DNA of 64,000 nt from Octopus bimaculoides (GCF_001194135.2 NC_068988.1:47233586-47297585), one strand, 5' to 3'; shown: positions 1 through 10,767, counted from the stretch's first letter. Notes: a model not told the origin generated them from the letters alone. Numbers and translations are program-made.

Positions 1-329
1 TATTATTGCTATTAATTATTGTTTGTTGAAGCTTATATTTTTCTTTTTGTTATTGTATTAAGGATTTCTGCGAGTAACAAAACACCTCATCAAGTATAAC
101 GCAAATCTTGGTATTTTCTTTGATCTATCCACCCTCTATTAGCACCTTTGATCTATCAACACCCGTTATGGTGGAGGGGATGTTGATAGATCAATCAACC
201 CTTGTATTGTCACCTTTGAATGCTTGTTTTTTTTTTCTTCTGTTGCTTTCTGCGTCAATCAAGTCCAATAATAAGCGAAGTACGTTGACAAACTGAAGCT
301 GTGACATGTGACGGTGTTGTCAAGGATGT

Positions 330-579
330 CGCAGCACTGGTGTTGATGGTTATGGTAGAAGCGTCAGCAGCGCTAATGTTGATGGTAGTGATAGGAACGA
401 TAGCGGTGTTGTTGCTGCTGCTGCTGTTGGTGCTCTTGTTGCTGCTGTTGTTGTTCTTGCAGTAGTAGTAGTAGTAGTTGTTGTTGTTCTTGGTGGTGGT
501 GGTGGTGGTGGTGGTGATTGTGGTGGTGGTGGTGGTGGTGGTGATTGTGGTGGTGGTGATGATGGTGGTGATGGTGGTG
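330..579. repeat. Compound trinucleotide microsatellite (GTT/GCT/GTA/GGT/GAT) running into an N-gap
   Basis: Directly visible tandem triplets; gap 580-1394. Confidence 0.95.
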
Positions 580-1614
580 NNNNNNNNNNNNNNNNNNNNN
601 NNNNNNNNNNNNNNNNNNNNNNNNNNNNNNNNNNNNNNNNNNNNNNNNNNNNNNNNNNNNNNNNNNNNNNNNNNNNNNNNNNNNNNNNNNNNNNNNNNNN
701 NNNNNNNNNNNNNNNNNNNNNNNNNNNNNNNNNNNNNNNNNNNNNNNNNNNNNNNNNNNNNNNNNNNNNNNNNNNNNNNNNNNNNNNNNNNNNNNNNNNN
801 NNNNNNNNNNNNNNNNNNNNNNNNNNNNNNNNNNNNNNNNNNNNNNNNNNNNNNNNNNNNNNNNNNNNNNNNNNNNNNNNNNNNNNNNNNNNNNNNNNNN
901 NNNNNNNNNNNNNNNNNNNNNNNNNNNNNNNNNNNNNNNNNNNNNNNNNNNNNNNNNNNNNNNNNNNNNNNNNNNNNNNNNNNNNNNNNNNNNNNNNNNN
1001 NNNNNNNNNNNNNNNNNNNNNNNNNNNNNNNNNNNNNNNNNNNNNNNNNNNNNNNNNNNNNNNNNNNNNNNNNNNNNNNNNNNNNNNNNNNNNNNNNNNN
1101 NNNNNNNNNNNNNNNNNNNNNNNNNNNNNNNNNNNNNNNNNNNNNNNNNNNNNNNNNNNNNNNNNNNNNNNNNNNNNNNNNNNNNNNNNNNNNNNNNNNN
1201 NNNNNNNNNNNNNNNNNNNNNNNNNNNNNNNNNNNNNNNNNNNNNNNNNNNNNNNNNNNNNNNNNNNNNNNNNNNNNNNNNNNNNNNNNNNNNNNNNNNN
1301 NNNNNNNNNNNNNNNNNNNNNNNNNNNNNNNNNNNNNNNNNNNNNNNNNNNNNNNNNNNNNNNNNNNNNNNNNNNNNNNNNNNNNNNNNNNNNCTCTCTT
1401 CACAATCCAGTCTATTTCTGTACAACCTTAAATAGTGCAGTGATTAATTCTATGGTATGCAATATAACCGTCGGGAAATTCTCCAACCTCGTCACCCTGC
1501 GGTCTATATTTGCATATACATACATTAAAATCACAGGAAGTGTGGGTAAATGACACAGTCTCAGCGCATCTGTGTTGTGATTTGCAAAGACGTGACTCAG
1601 AAGCTCCGTGAAAC

Positions 1615-2900
1615 TTATATAATAGTGAGAATTTACAAAAAGCAAAAGACGAATACGGGTGTGTAAACAATAAACAAATGTATAAGTTTAACGCTCGGGA
1701 AGTGAGAAAGTCTTTTACTTTTCGAGCCTACGCTCTTCGATAGAAAGGAACACAGAAATAAATAAGGAGAGAAAATAGAAAACGATTTAGTGGCTAGCGA
1801 TCTATCATGGCGAATGCCGGACAGAGAGGTCACACGGTAAAGCTAGGAAGAAGGGGAGATAATGACAGCGTGTATGTGCGTGTGGAAGGGGGATGGTGAC
1901 AGTGTGCGCATGTGTAGGTGTGTGGATGATGACGTAGGCGCTGGGAAGTGGTCAGTGCAGGTGTGCGCGTGGTGGTAGGTATGGTGGTGTGTAGTGTGGT
2001 GGTGTGTGGTGTGGTCTGGTGGTGTTGGGATCTGGGGAAGGTGAGAGGAAGCAAGGGTGGGGTCTAAGGAATGGAGGGGGGTGGGATGGAATTATAGGGA
2101 TGGTGGGGTAGGAATGAGTAGGGATGGGGTAACGAGGGAGGGGGTCATGATGAAGGGACAAGGTAGAAGGGAGAAGGTGGGTAGGAGTGAAGAGATAAAG
2201 TAGGTGCCAGAGCAAGAGAGGAGAGGTGGCTGGGAGGAAGTAGGTGTGAGAGGAAGAAAGGAGTAAGAAGGAGAGTTAGATGAAGAGGGGAGAGGAGTTT
2301 AGCCCATGTGGTGCAAAAGAGCGAAGAAAGAAGATTAGTTGCTTATAATACCATTGTCATCGTCACGTTTCTTCAGCTTAGTGTGGTAGCTGTTACTGTT
2401 CTAAGTATGCTTATACATCGTTTTGCCTACTTCTAATTTTTTCCTATGTGTATAGTGGATGTTGTGTAGGAATTGTACGTTACTCCTGGGTCTTTTCTCG
2501 TCGTTATCTGTGAGGTATATTTATGCTATTGACTGTGAGGTTTCGATGCATTTGATGCTATTAGTAAGGCAAAATGGTTGGTGGATACTTCTTAATACTG
2601 TTGTTGTGTAACTGGGTTTCTAAATTATTTATGAAGGGTTGGAGTTACTGTGCAACTGGGGGTGGAGAATGATGGGAGAGTATGAGGATGCCTGTATGTT
2701 TGTGGAGCTGCAAGAAAGTTATGTAGGCATAGGTAGAAAGTGTATGTAAGAGGACACATTACTCTGATACATCTTTTGGGAGATTGTAACTCGGAAAGTG
2801 TTATTCTTATACATTCCATTAGCTGGTATAATAACAAGTAGGTTAAGTTCTATAATTCTAATTGGGCCCCACCTACGAGATCATACGCTGTTTATCTTGA
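1615..2900 (-). mobile_element. Penelope-like retroelement 3' fragment (decayed GIY-YIG C-terminus, pyrimidine-rich 3' UTR and pseudo-LTR)
   Basis: Minus 2341-2276 translates QLIFFLRSFAPHGLNSSPLFI*, resembling the 'LIF.L.T..P.GLN' end of PLE GIY-YIG ORFs. A C/T-rich UTR follows, then a hammerhead-like motif at 1712-1747. Upstream coding sequence is heavily decayed. Confidence 0.7.
1712..1747 (-). ncRNA. Degenerate minimal hammerhead ribozyme relic in Penelope pseudo-LTR
   Basis: Minus strand CTTT-CTATCGA-A-GAGC-GTAG-GCTC-GAAA-AG-TA-AAAG. Helix II (GAGC/GCTC) and helix I (CTTT/AAAG) are intact; the core (CTATCGA vs CTGANGA) and helix III are mutated. Confidence 0.5.
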
Positions 2901-3041
2901 TATAAGATCACCATGTCGCGCACATATAGTTGTGATGCATGTGCTTGGTGTACCCTTATCAGACGGGTAGTCATGATGGGTATAATGGGCTTCGTATATT
3001 TTACCCCAGGGTCACTTTGATGGTATGCACTGCTCTCTCAC

Positions 3042-3042
<1 letters not shown>

Positions 3043-3086
<44 letters not shown>
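3043..3086. repeat. (TAA)n microsatellite
   Basis: Direct tandem repeat. Confidence 0.95.
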
Positions 3087-3089
<3 letters not shown>

Positions 3090-3111
3090 TCGAAAAATAT
3101 TTTACTGTGTT

Positions 3112-3330
3112 TAAGGCGGCTTCCTGGCAGTTACGTTAGCACGCCTGGCGAAATGCTTAACGACATTTCGTCTATCTTTATGTTCTAAGTTCAAATGCCG
3201 CTGAGGTCGACTTTGCCTTCCATCCTTTTGTGATCGATAAATTAAGTACTACTTGCGTACTGGGGTCGATCGAATCGACTGGCCTTCTCCCCCCAAATTT
3301 CGTGCCTTGTTCCTCGAGTAGGAAAGAATA
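3112..3330 (+). mobile_element. tRNA-headed SINE, family A (octopus-type)
   Basis: AAGGCGGC..TGGCAG..GTTAGCACGCC..GTTCAAAT (B-box-like)..GAGGTCGACTTTGCC..GATAAATTAAGTAC..TGGGGTCGAT; many copies in the window. Confidence 0.85.
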
Positions 3331-3572
3331 TTTTACTGTTTCTTAAGGTGGTTTTGAAATTTCTCTTCAAAGTTCTACAGCAGCGAAGTAAGTTGACAAC
3401 CGTATTAATGTCGATGGTAGATAGACTTCATGCGGGAGATATTTCGTTGTGGCAATCATAGGTTTGTGAGTAGCGTGGTCGGTGAAAGTGTTCGGGTGTG
3501 AATCTGCATGTGTCTGTGTGTACTTACTTGTATATATGTAGAAGTGTGTTTGTGCGTGCGTGTGTGCAAATA

Positions 3573-3788
3573 TTGATTTCAAATTTTGGCACAAGACCAG
3601 CAAATTCGAGGGAGGAAATAGATCGATTATATCGACCCCAGTGTTCAACTGGTACACATTTCATTGTCTCCGAGAGGATGAAAGGCAAACTCGGCCTCGG
3701 TGTAATTTGAACTCAGGACATGAAGACGGACGAAATGCCAGTCGACAATTTTCCCGGGTGCTTACTATTCTGCCAACTCGCAGCCCAT
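3573..3788 (-). mobile_element. SINE family A copy
   Basis: Reverse complement of the same motifs; inverted relative to the copy at 3112. Confidence 0.85.
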
Positions 3789-4058
3789 GTGTATAAAAAA
3801 TATTATGAGTTGAGAAAATGCGATAAATTTGTATATTTGAATAAAACGAGTTTTTTTTTTTTGACATGGAAAGCAAATATTTCTATTATATATCTATTTA
3901 TACAAAAATAAAAATACTTTATTGAGTTTTTACATAACAAATGTTTTCATATAATAGTTTTACTCTAAAAATATCAGCGTATGTTTGCACAAGGTGAGTT
4001 TTGCACACATACACACACAAGCACGCACACACACACGCACACACACACCCACACGCGC

Positions 4059-4106
<48 letters not shown>

Positions 4107-4154
4107 NNNNNNNNNNNNNNNNNNNNNNNNNNNNNNNNNNNNNNNNNNNNNNNN

Positions 4155-4217
<63 letters not shown>

Positions 4218-4364
4218 AAATAATAATACTGCAACTTGGTTTGATCTCTCATCTATGTTTAAATATTTGACTACATCTCTTTCATCACACCAAAGTCAAT
4301 AAAATTACCAGTAACATAAGAGGAGAGATGCTATTAACAGACCTCCTCTCTGGTAAAATGTTGT

Positions 4365-4788
4365 CAGCATTGTGAATCGTTACGACACCGAAAAAAAAAT
4401 GCTTAGTAACATTTCGTCCGTCTTTAGGTTCAGAGTTCAAATTCCGCCGAAGCCGAAATTGGCTTACACTTTTCGTAGTCGATAAATTGAAATACCAGTT
4501 GATCGCCTACACCGAACTTGCTGGCCGTGTCTCAAAATTTGAAATCATTTTTTATTATAGTGATTAAACCGGAGCCGAGCTGGCAGAATCGTTAACACGC
4601 CGGGCAAAAAATGCTTAGCAGTATTTCGTCTGTCGCTACATTCTGAGATCAAATTTCTCCAAGGTCGACTTTGCCTTTCATCCTTTCAGGATCGTTAAAA
4701 TGAAATACCTGTTGATCACTGGGGGTTGATGTAATCGACCCATACTTTCCCCAAAACTGCTACCCTTGTGGCAAAATTTGAAATCATT
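4365..4788 (+). mobile_element. Two tandem SINE family A copies (about 4365-4548 and 4571-4788)
   Basis: Repeated GAGTTCAAATT/GAGATCAAATT, AATGCTTAG and CAAAATTTGAAATCA motifs. Confidence 0.8.
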
Positions 4789-4869
4789 GTTATGGTTATT
4801 TATTATCAATATTATACGTTTTGTTTCGTTATAACTATAACTGGTACTCTTTGATGTAACTCCTTCTTA

Positions 4870-5050
4870 TTTAGATTAGCATCAGCTCTGATTTAGTAGA
4901 TCTATGAACGTAGGTGTTCCAGCCGTGAGCACCCCATTTTATTTTCAGTCTAAGTTTAGCTAAGAATATGTTACTGAAAGGGTGATAATTTGTGTGAGAT
5001 TTCGTTGCAATTTATAACTGGCTGAGTGAACTACATAAAAGGTTCTGCGG
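4870..5050 (-). repeat. Degenerate interspersed repeat (third SINE-like family)
   Basis: Resembles the inverse of 37230-37430 (AACTGGTAGAAATAGCA..CAAACCTCAC); identity judged by eye only. Confidence 0.4.
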
Positions 5051-5335
5051 CTGGCTTGTTGTTGTAGGTGTTGTTATTGTTGTGGTTTTGTAGTTGCTAT
5101 TTGTCATTGGTCATGTTATGACTTTAATGAATACTTTAAAGATGATGTAGTCATAGCAACCAGGCTTAGTTTTGTTTGTTTGTCCTTAACAGACGACTTA
5201 GGTTTGGCGTAGGTTGGAAATGGAGATGTTGTTGTTATGGCCTGGTGTTATGAAGTTTTGTTTGGTGTTGAATCGTTTGGTGTGTAACACAAGGGTGATG
5301 ACGTGGGGCTGTAGTGTTTAGTGTAGTATGATATG

Positions 5336-5367
<32 letters not shown>

Positions 5368-5547
5368 CATGTGACAGTTGGACGTGGTGTGGAAGTATGA
5401 AATTCGTGTGATATATTGTGTGTGGTTTGTTGTAGTTTGCAGTGAGGCAAGCAATATATGGAGTGTGATGTGGTAGTTTAGTGTGGTGTCATGGTGAATG
5501 TGCTGAAATGGTGTAGTGTGTAGTGCGCTGTGCAATAGCAAGTTGTT

Positions 5548-5690
5548 CAGTGGTTCTCAACCCAGGTCCACATGTCAATTCAAGGTGGGGATCCGTATAA
5601 GATTTTGTTGTCAAAATTTACATGCAATAAATTAGTTATACTTCTACAATACACAAATATATTTTAAGTATTTGTTTCTTTTTTATACAA
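5548..5690 (+). mobile_element. hAT-type MITE end fragment
   Basis: Starts CAGTGGTTCTCAACC, a typical hAT/Charlie TIR; no partner TIR found. Confidence 0.5.
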
Positions 5691-5703
5691 TTCCTAATAA
5701 TAT

Positions 5704-6130
5704 TGGTTTCGAATTTTGGCAGAAAGCCAGCAAGTTCAGTTGATGGAGTCGATTACATTGCTCCCTCAGTGCTCCACAGGTATTTATTTTATTGACCTCG
5801 AAAGGATGAAAAGCGAAGTCGACCTCGGCAAAATTTTGAACCCAGAACGTAAAGGCGGACGAAATACCGCTCAACATTTTGTGCGGCGGGCTTAAGATTC
5901 TGCTTGCTCGCCCACCCCTTTGCAATTCCCAATTATATCTGGTTTCAAATTTTCGCACGAGGTCAGGAATTTTGGAGGGATGTGTATGTCAAATACATCG
6001 ACCTCAGTGCCCAGCTCATTCTTATTTTATCGACCACGGAAGGCAAAGTCGGCCCCAGCGGAATTCAAACTTAGAACATTAATGCCGCTAAGATTTGTTC
6101 CTCTGGCGCGTTAACTATTCTGCCAGCACC
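5704..6130 (-). mobile_element. Two tandem SINE family A copies (about 5704-5912 and 5940-6130)
   Basis: GGTTTCRAATTTTGGCA..ATCGAC..GAAAGGATGAAAG..AAGTCGACCTCGGC..TTTGAAC motifs. Confidence 0.85.
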
Positions 6131-6258
6131 TAATTACTAATAATATTTGATTTCAAAAATATAATGACTTGTAGGCCCGTAGTATTTCGTTATGCAACCA
6201 TGATATACTATAAAGTATATTAAATACTATAAAATAAATGCTGTAAATACTATAAAGA

Positions 6259-6308
6259 TGGGTGCTGATGAAGGAGCAAAAATCCATGAAATATGGCATA
6301 TACACTCA
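6259..6308 (+). ncRNA. Candidate minimal type I hammerhead ribozyme (Penelope-type)
   Basis: TGGGTG|CTGATGA|A-GGA-GCAAAAA-TCC-A-T|GAAA|TATG-G-CATA-T|A|CACTCA. Canonical core at 6265-6271 and 6288-6291, 6-bp helix I, near-palindromic helix III, AUA cleavage triplet (cut after 6302). Confidence 0.65.
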
Positions 6309-7384
6309 ATATCCATTTTTGTTTACGATTTCATTGTTTGTTTACATCTGACATCTCGATACGAAACGTTTTAGCAAGAAATCAGTGCTGGTTATAATTT
6401 CTGGAGAAATAACCTTAACAACATAATTAAAAATATAATAGGATTTTTAAGCATAGAATGGCTATGACGGTCTACCCGGAGAAAATAGGAATCAAAAGGG
6501 TTAATATATGTAAGGAACGACCGTGCGAACTCAAAAAGGAGAAATGGTGACGAATGGAAAAACAGAGGACTCCTTTTATTTAAACGTGTCACACGGTCGA
6601 ACACAAAAATATATATATCAAATGATGATATAAATGATATGTTATACGACGATAACATAGATGACTAGTAATGAAAGACCACAACCGTATTAGATGGAAT
6701 AACAGAGATATTTATTATGGCGTTAAAGATGTATGTCTGTGTGTGAGTGTGAATGCGACATATAAGAACACAATCAAAGACAGGCCGTCGTACAAAGAAA
6801 AGTATGTATATGAGTGATACATGTATGTGTATGTGAAATATTACAGCAGAGAAAGAGTCAATAACACGTGAGCAATTATACCAGTTCTTGGGTACACAAT
6901 AATATGAATCTGTATGTGAAGTGAGTTGGCTGAGTGTGGCAGAGCTGATCACTAGTTGTGATGTCGTGGCATCGATGCCGGGCCGTGATTCTTGTTATAC
7001 AGATGTTCGTCGTTTGGCAGAGCTTATCACTAGTTGTGTTTTGGCTTCGATGCCAGGGCCTTGAGGACAGACGTTTATCGCAGGCTGAGATCTCTTGTCT
7101 GTTATTATCGTGGTGAAGCTAAGTCACCTAACAGAATCGAAGAGAGAGAGGTGCCGCGGTGGTTTGGTGTACAGAGTAAGTCGTGTTGACGCTGGTGGAG
7201 ATTGAGGCTGCTTGGTAGTAATCGTATTGGTCATGACGATGATGCTGGATAGTAGTCGTAGAAACGTGTTGCTGATATGGCGACGGCGGTGATCATCGTT
7301 GGCTGGACGAAGCTGTTGAAGTGGTCGCTGGCTATTTGTTACTGCTGCTGTCGTGTGGTACACGGAACAGATCTCAAAGAGAAA

Positions 7385-7570
7385 CTGGACCGAGACAAAT
7401 TTGTTGGGTATGAGTTGATCTATTTATAGCGTTAAGGGGGCTCACCAGATATCAGAAATATACTCTATCGCGTGACCTTATTAAGGGCTGTGATTGGTCA
7501 GTTTGCGTTCTGGCGGGAACGGTTCGAAGAAGTTGCCGATTCGAATAATGATCAGTCACGTGATGACAAG
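7385..7570 (-). promoter_or_regulatory. Candidate Pol II core promoter (E-box, CCAAT, TATA) on the minus strand
   Basis: In minus-strand order: TCACGTGA (7556-7563), GACCAATCACAG (CCAAT at 7497-7493), CACGCG (about 7474-7469), CTATAAATAG (7429-7420). Locally CpG-rich. Confidence 0.55.
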
Positions 7571-7795
7571 GAATGGGTTCTCTACTACGCTCGCATTTAT
7601 TTATATTTAAATGAGAAGATTGTATGTAATGGTGATAGTAGTTTTGTATCTAATGGCGATAGGTAGTTTTGTATCTAGTGACGATAGGAAGTTTCACTAC
7701 ATATATATTAAAAAAAAAAAGGATTGAGAATCAATTTGGTGGCTGATAGTGTTAGTGTGGTATTTGTGTGGTGTAGAATTGTGTGACATAGTGTA

Positions 7796-7988
7796 CGAGA
7801 TCTGATCAATAAGTATCCGGACTACTGCCATAGTAACGGAGCTAAAGCACGCAGAGTGAAGCCGCTTCGCACAGATTGACCTTGAACTCTGCTGTGAATG
7901 CGCACTAAGTTCCTACGTTCATGGTCAATTTGTGCCAAGCGGCTTTGTTACAATAGCAACTGTCCGGATACTTATTGATCAGACCACT
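7796..7988. mobile_element. Mariner-derived MITE
   Basis: Perfect 22-bp TIR TCTGATCAATAAGTATCCGGAC (7801-7822 / 7962-7983); TA at 7794-95; same end as the mariner at 14615. Confidence 0.85.
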
Positions 7989-9099
7989 ACGATGTCGTGG
8001 TGTATAGTGAGACGAAGCACTGTTCGTGGTGATATGGTGCATTGTGTTGGTAAGAGTCTGTTGTGGTAAAAGGCGAATTGTGATGCACGGCTTGGTGTGG
8101 TGGTCAGGTGATATGGTGCGTTGACGTTGGTCTGTTAACTGACTGCCAACGGTTTGAGGTTAATCCATTGATGCTTGATCGCTTGGTTGATCTAATGCCA
8201 AAACACCCTGAAAATGACAGTCGCCTAAGTGGTTATGTAGGGTTGAAGAATCAGTAGGAGAAGCGGTGGAGAAAGATGTAGAAGGGAGAGGTGGTGGAAA
8301 GAGGTAGTTGGGAGATGTGGTGGGTAGAGGTACTAGGGAATCTTGGTGACGAGAAATTGTAGGAAGAGATGATGGAAAGAGGTAGTAGGGAGAAAGTGTG
8401 GTGAGAGTTAGTAGAGAGAGGTGGTGGAGAGGGGATTGCTTATCTCTATATTCTGTCATCAAGCAAACACCCCAGTCGTGACCACCTCAACCTGTCTCTA
8501 TGTTCTAGGAACCCAAAATAACATTATACAGTGCAGACAACATTTCGGTATTAGTAGATGGCGTCATTCATTACTGAGGGTGTATTTGACTATTCAGCTC
8601 TGTCATCAGATGAAACACTGTCATACATTCATTCATGACATCATAGACTTTTACCGAAATATTGCCTCCATCAGGTTCTTTTGTTTTTGTAAGATGGCAA
8701 TGTGTGGTCTGAGGAAGATTTGGCTGCTATCTTTAGCATGTTGGTCAATCATATATAGGGATTCGTTCATTGGTTTATGATGTCCGTGTTGTAACGTGTG
8801 GTCTTGTTAGGTGATAAGTAGTGGTGGTGGTAATGTTCGTAGTAGTAGGGCTGGTTGTGGTGATGCTGATGCTGATGGTATTGGTGGTGGTTGTGGTGAT
8901 AGTATTGGTGGTTGGTTTTCTCTACTGGTTATGACTGCGACATTGTGATGGATATAGTAGTGACTGAGGAAGTGAAGGAATTTGTGCGAGGATGCTACCT
9001 ATCTGAGAACATAACTGTAGTGGTGATGATGATAACGATGATAATGAGGAGGAAAACGACGGCGCAGACGAATAGCGGCGGTGGCACTGGTGGTAGTGG

Positions 9100-10070
9100 T
9101 GATGGGGGTGATGGTAGTGGTGGTGGTGGTGGTGGTAGTGGTGGTGGTAGTGGTGGTAGTAATATTGTTAATACGGACGGCGGTGCTAACAGTGATAATT
9201 ACAGTGATGATGATGACGATGATGATGGTGGCGGTGGTAGTAGTGGTGGTGGTGGTGATGGTGGTGGTAGTGGTGGTGATGGTGGTGGTAGTAATATTGT
9301 TAATACGGACGGCGGTGCTAAAAGTGATAATTACAGTGATGATGATGACGATGATGGTGGTGGTGGTGATGGTGGTGGTGGTGGTGGTAGTGGTGGTAGT
9401 AATATTGTTAATACGGACGGCGGTGCTANNNNNNNNNNNNNNNNNNNNNNNNNNNNNNNNNNNNNNNNNNNNNNNNNNNNNNNNNNNNNNNNNNNNNNNN
9501 NNNNNNNNNNNNNNNNNNNNNNNNNNNNNNNNNNNNNNNNNNNNNNNNNNNNNNNNNNNNNNNNNNNNNNNNNNNNNNNNNNNNNNNNNNNNNNNNNNNN
9601 NNNNNNNNNNNNNNNNNNNNNNNNNNNNNNNNNNNNNNNNNNNNNNNNNNNNNNNNNNNNNNNNNNNNNNNNNNNNNNNNNNNNNNNNNNNNNNNNNNNN
9701 NNNNNNNNNNNNNNNNNNNNNNNNNNNNNNNNNNNNNNNNNNNNNNNNNNNNNNNNNNNNNNNNNNNNNNNNNNNNNNNNNNNNNNNNNNNNNNNNNNNN
9801 NNNNNNNNNNNNNNNNNNNNNNNNNNNNNNNNNNNNNNNNNNNNNNNNTGGTGGTGGTAGTAATATTGTTAATACGGACGGCGGTGCTAACAGTGATAAT
9901 TACAGTGATGATGATGACGATGATGATGGTGGTGGTGATGGTGGTGATGGTAGTGGTGGTGGTGGTGGTAGTAATATTGTTAATACGGATGGCGGTGCTA
10001 ACAGTGATAATTACAGTGATGATGATGATGGTGGTGGTGGTGGTGGTGGTGGTGGTGGTGTTGGTAGTGT
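9100..10070. repeat. Minisatellite: AGTAATATTGTTAATACGGACGGCGGTGCTAACAGTGATAATTACAGT core plus variable (GAT)/(GGT) tracts, at least 5 copies, spanning gap 9429-9848
   Basis: Core recurs at about 9158, 9290, 9398, 9858 and 9969. Confidence 0.9.
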
Positions 10071-10263
10071 TAAAAGTGGTGATACGGCTAGTGACAGTGC
10101 TGGGGGTTCATAACAATTGTGATGATTGATTGCTACGGCGAAAAGGGTACACGCAGACACACTCACACACTCACACACACACACGCACACACACACACAC
10201 ACAAGCATATACATACACACATGCATACCAGATACATACATAAACACACACATACACATGCAA

Positions 10264-10308
<45 letters not shown>

Positions 10309-10407
10309 TAAAATAATCATCAACGAGTCATGCTGAAAGGGAAAAGGAGAGTTCAGAATTTGGTTGATCAAACAGCCTGAGGTATTTCAGGTAGTGATGA
10401 CAGCCAC

Positions 10408-10409
<2 letters not shown>

Positions 10410-10450
<41 letters not shown>

Positions 10451-10726
10451 GTAGTAGTAGTAGAAGTAGCAACAGCAGCAGCAGTAGTAGTAGGTTGGTG
10501 GTGGTAGTGGTGGCATAAGTAGATGTATTAGTAGTGGTGCTTGGGGTGGTAGAGGTAGATGTATTAGTACTGGCATTAGTAGTAGTAGTAGTAATAGTAG
10601 TAGTAATGGTGGTCGGAGCGGCGGTGTTAGTAGTAGTAGTAGTGGTAGTAGTAGTAATGGTGGTGGTGGTGGTGCTGTTGGTAGTAAAGGTAGTGGTGGT
10701 TGTAGTGGTGGTGGTAGTGGTGGTGC

Positions 10727-10767
<41 letters not shown>

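Noticed and set aside
148-194. 14-bp perfect inverted repeat TTGATCTATCAACA..TGTTGATAGATCAA
   Set aside because: Real but isolated. It has no TSD, family or ribozyme core, and is compatible with a small local duplication.
255-1431. Long ORFs of 317-382 aa, and all other X-filled ORFs in the track
   Set aside because: They consist of N-gap plus microsatellite translation (poly-T/H/V, YI, HT, CV, ER, SL) and give no coding evidence.
1400-1500. Minus-strand exon-like segment (DRRVTRLENFPTV.. / PQGDEVGEFPDGYIAY..)
   Set aside because: The acceptor is weak, two frames are equally plausible and there is no recognisable homology. Similar isolated candidates near 20070, 23359, 44301, 51090 and 61911 were dropped for the same reason.
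7515-7545. GAA/TTC-rich segment resembling a heat-shock element
   Set aside because: Spacing is GAAnnnTTC rather than the required GAAnnTTC array.
9100-10070. CRISPR-like repeat-spacer appearance
   Set aside because: The 'spacers' are GGT/GAT microsatellite, the context is eukaryotic and there are no cas genes.
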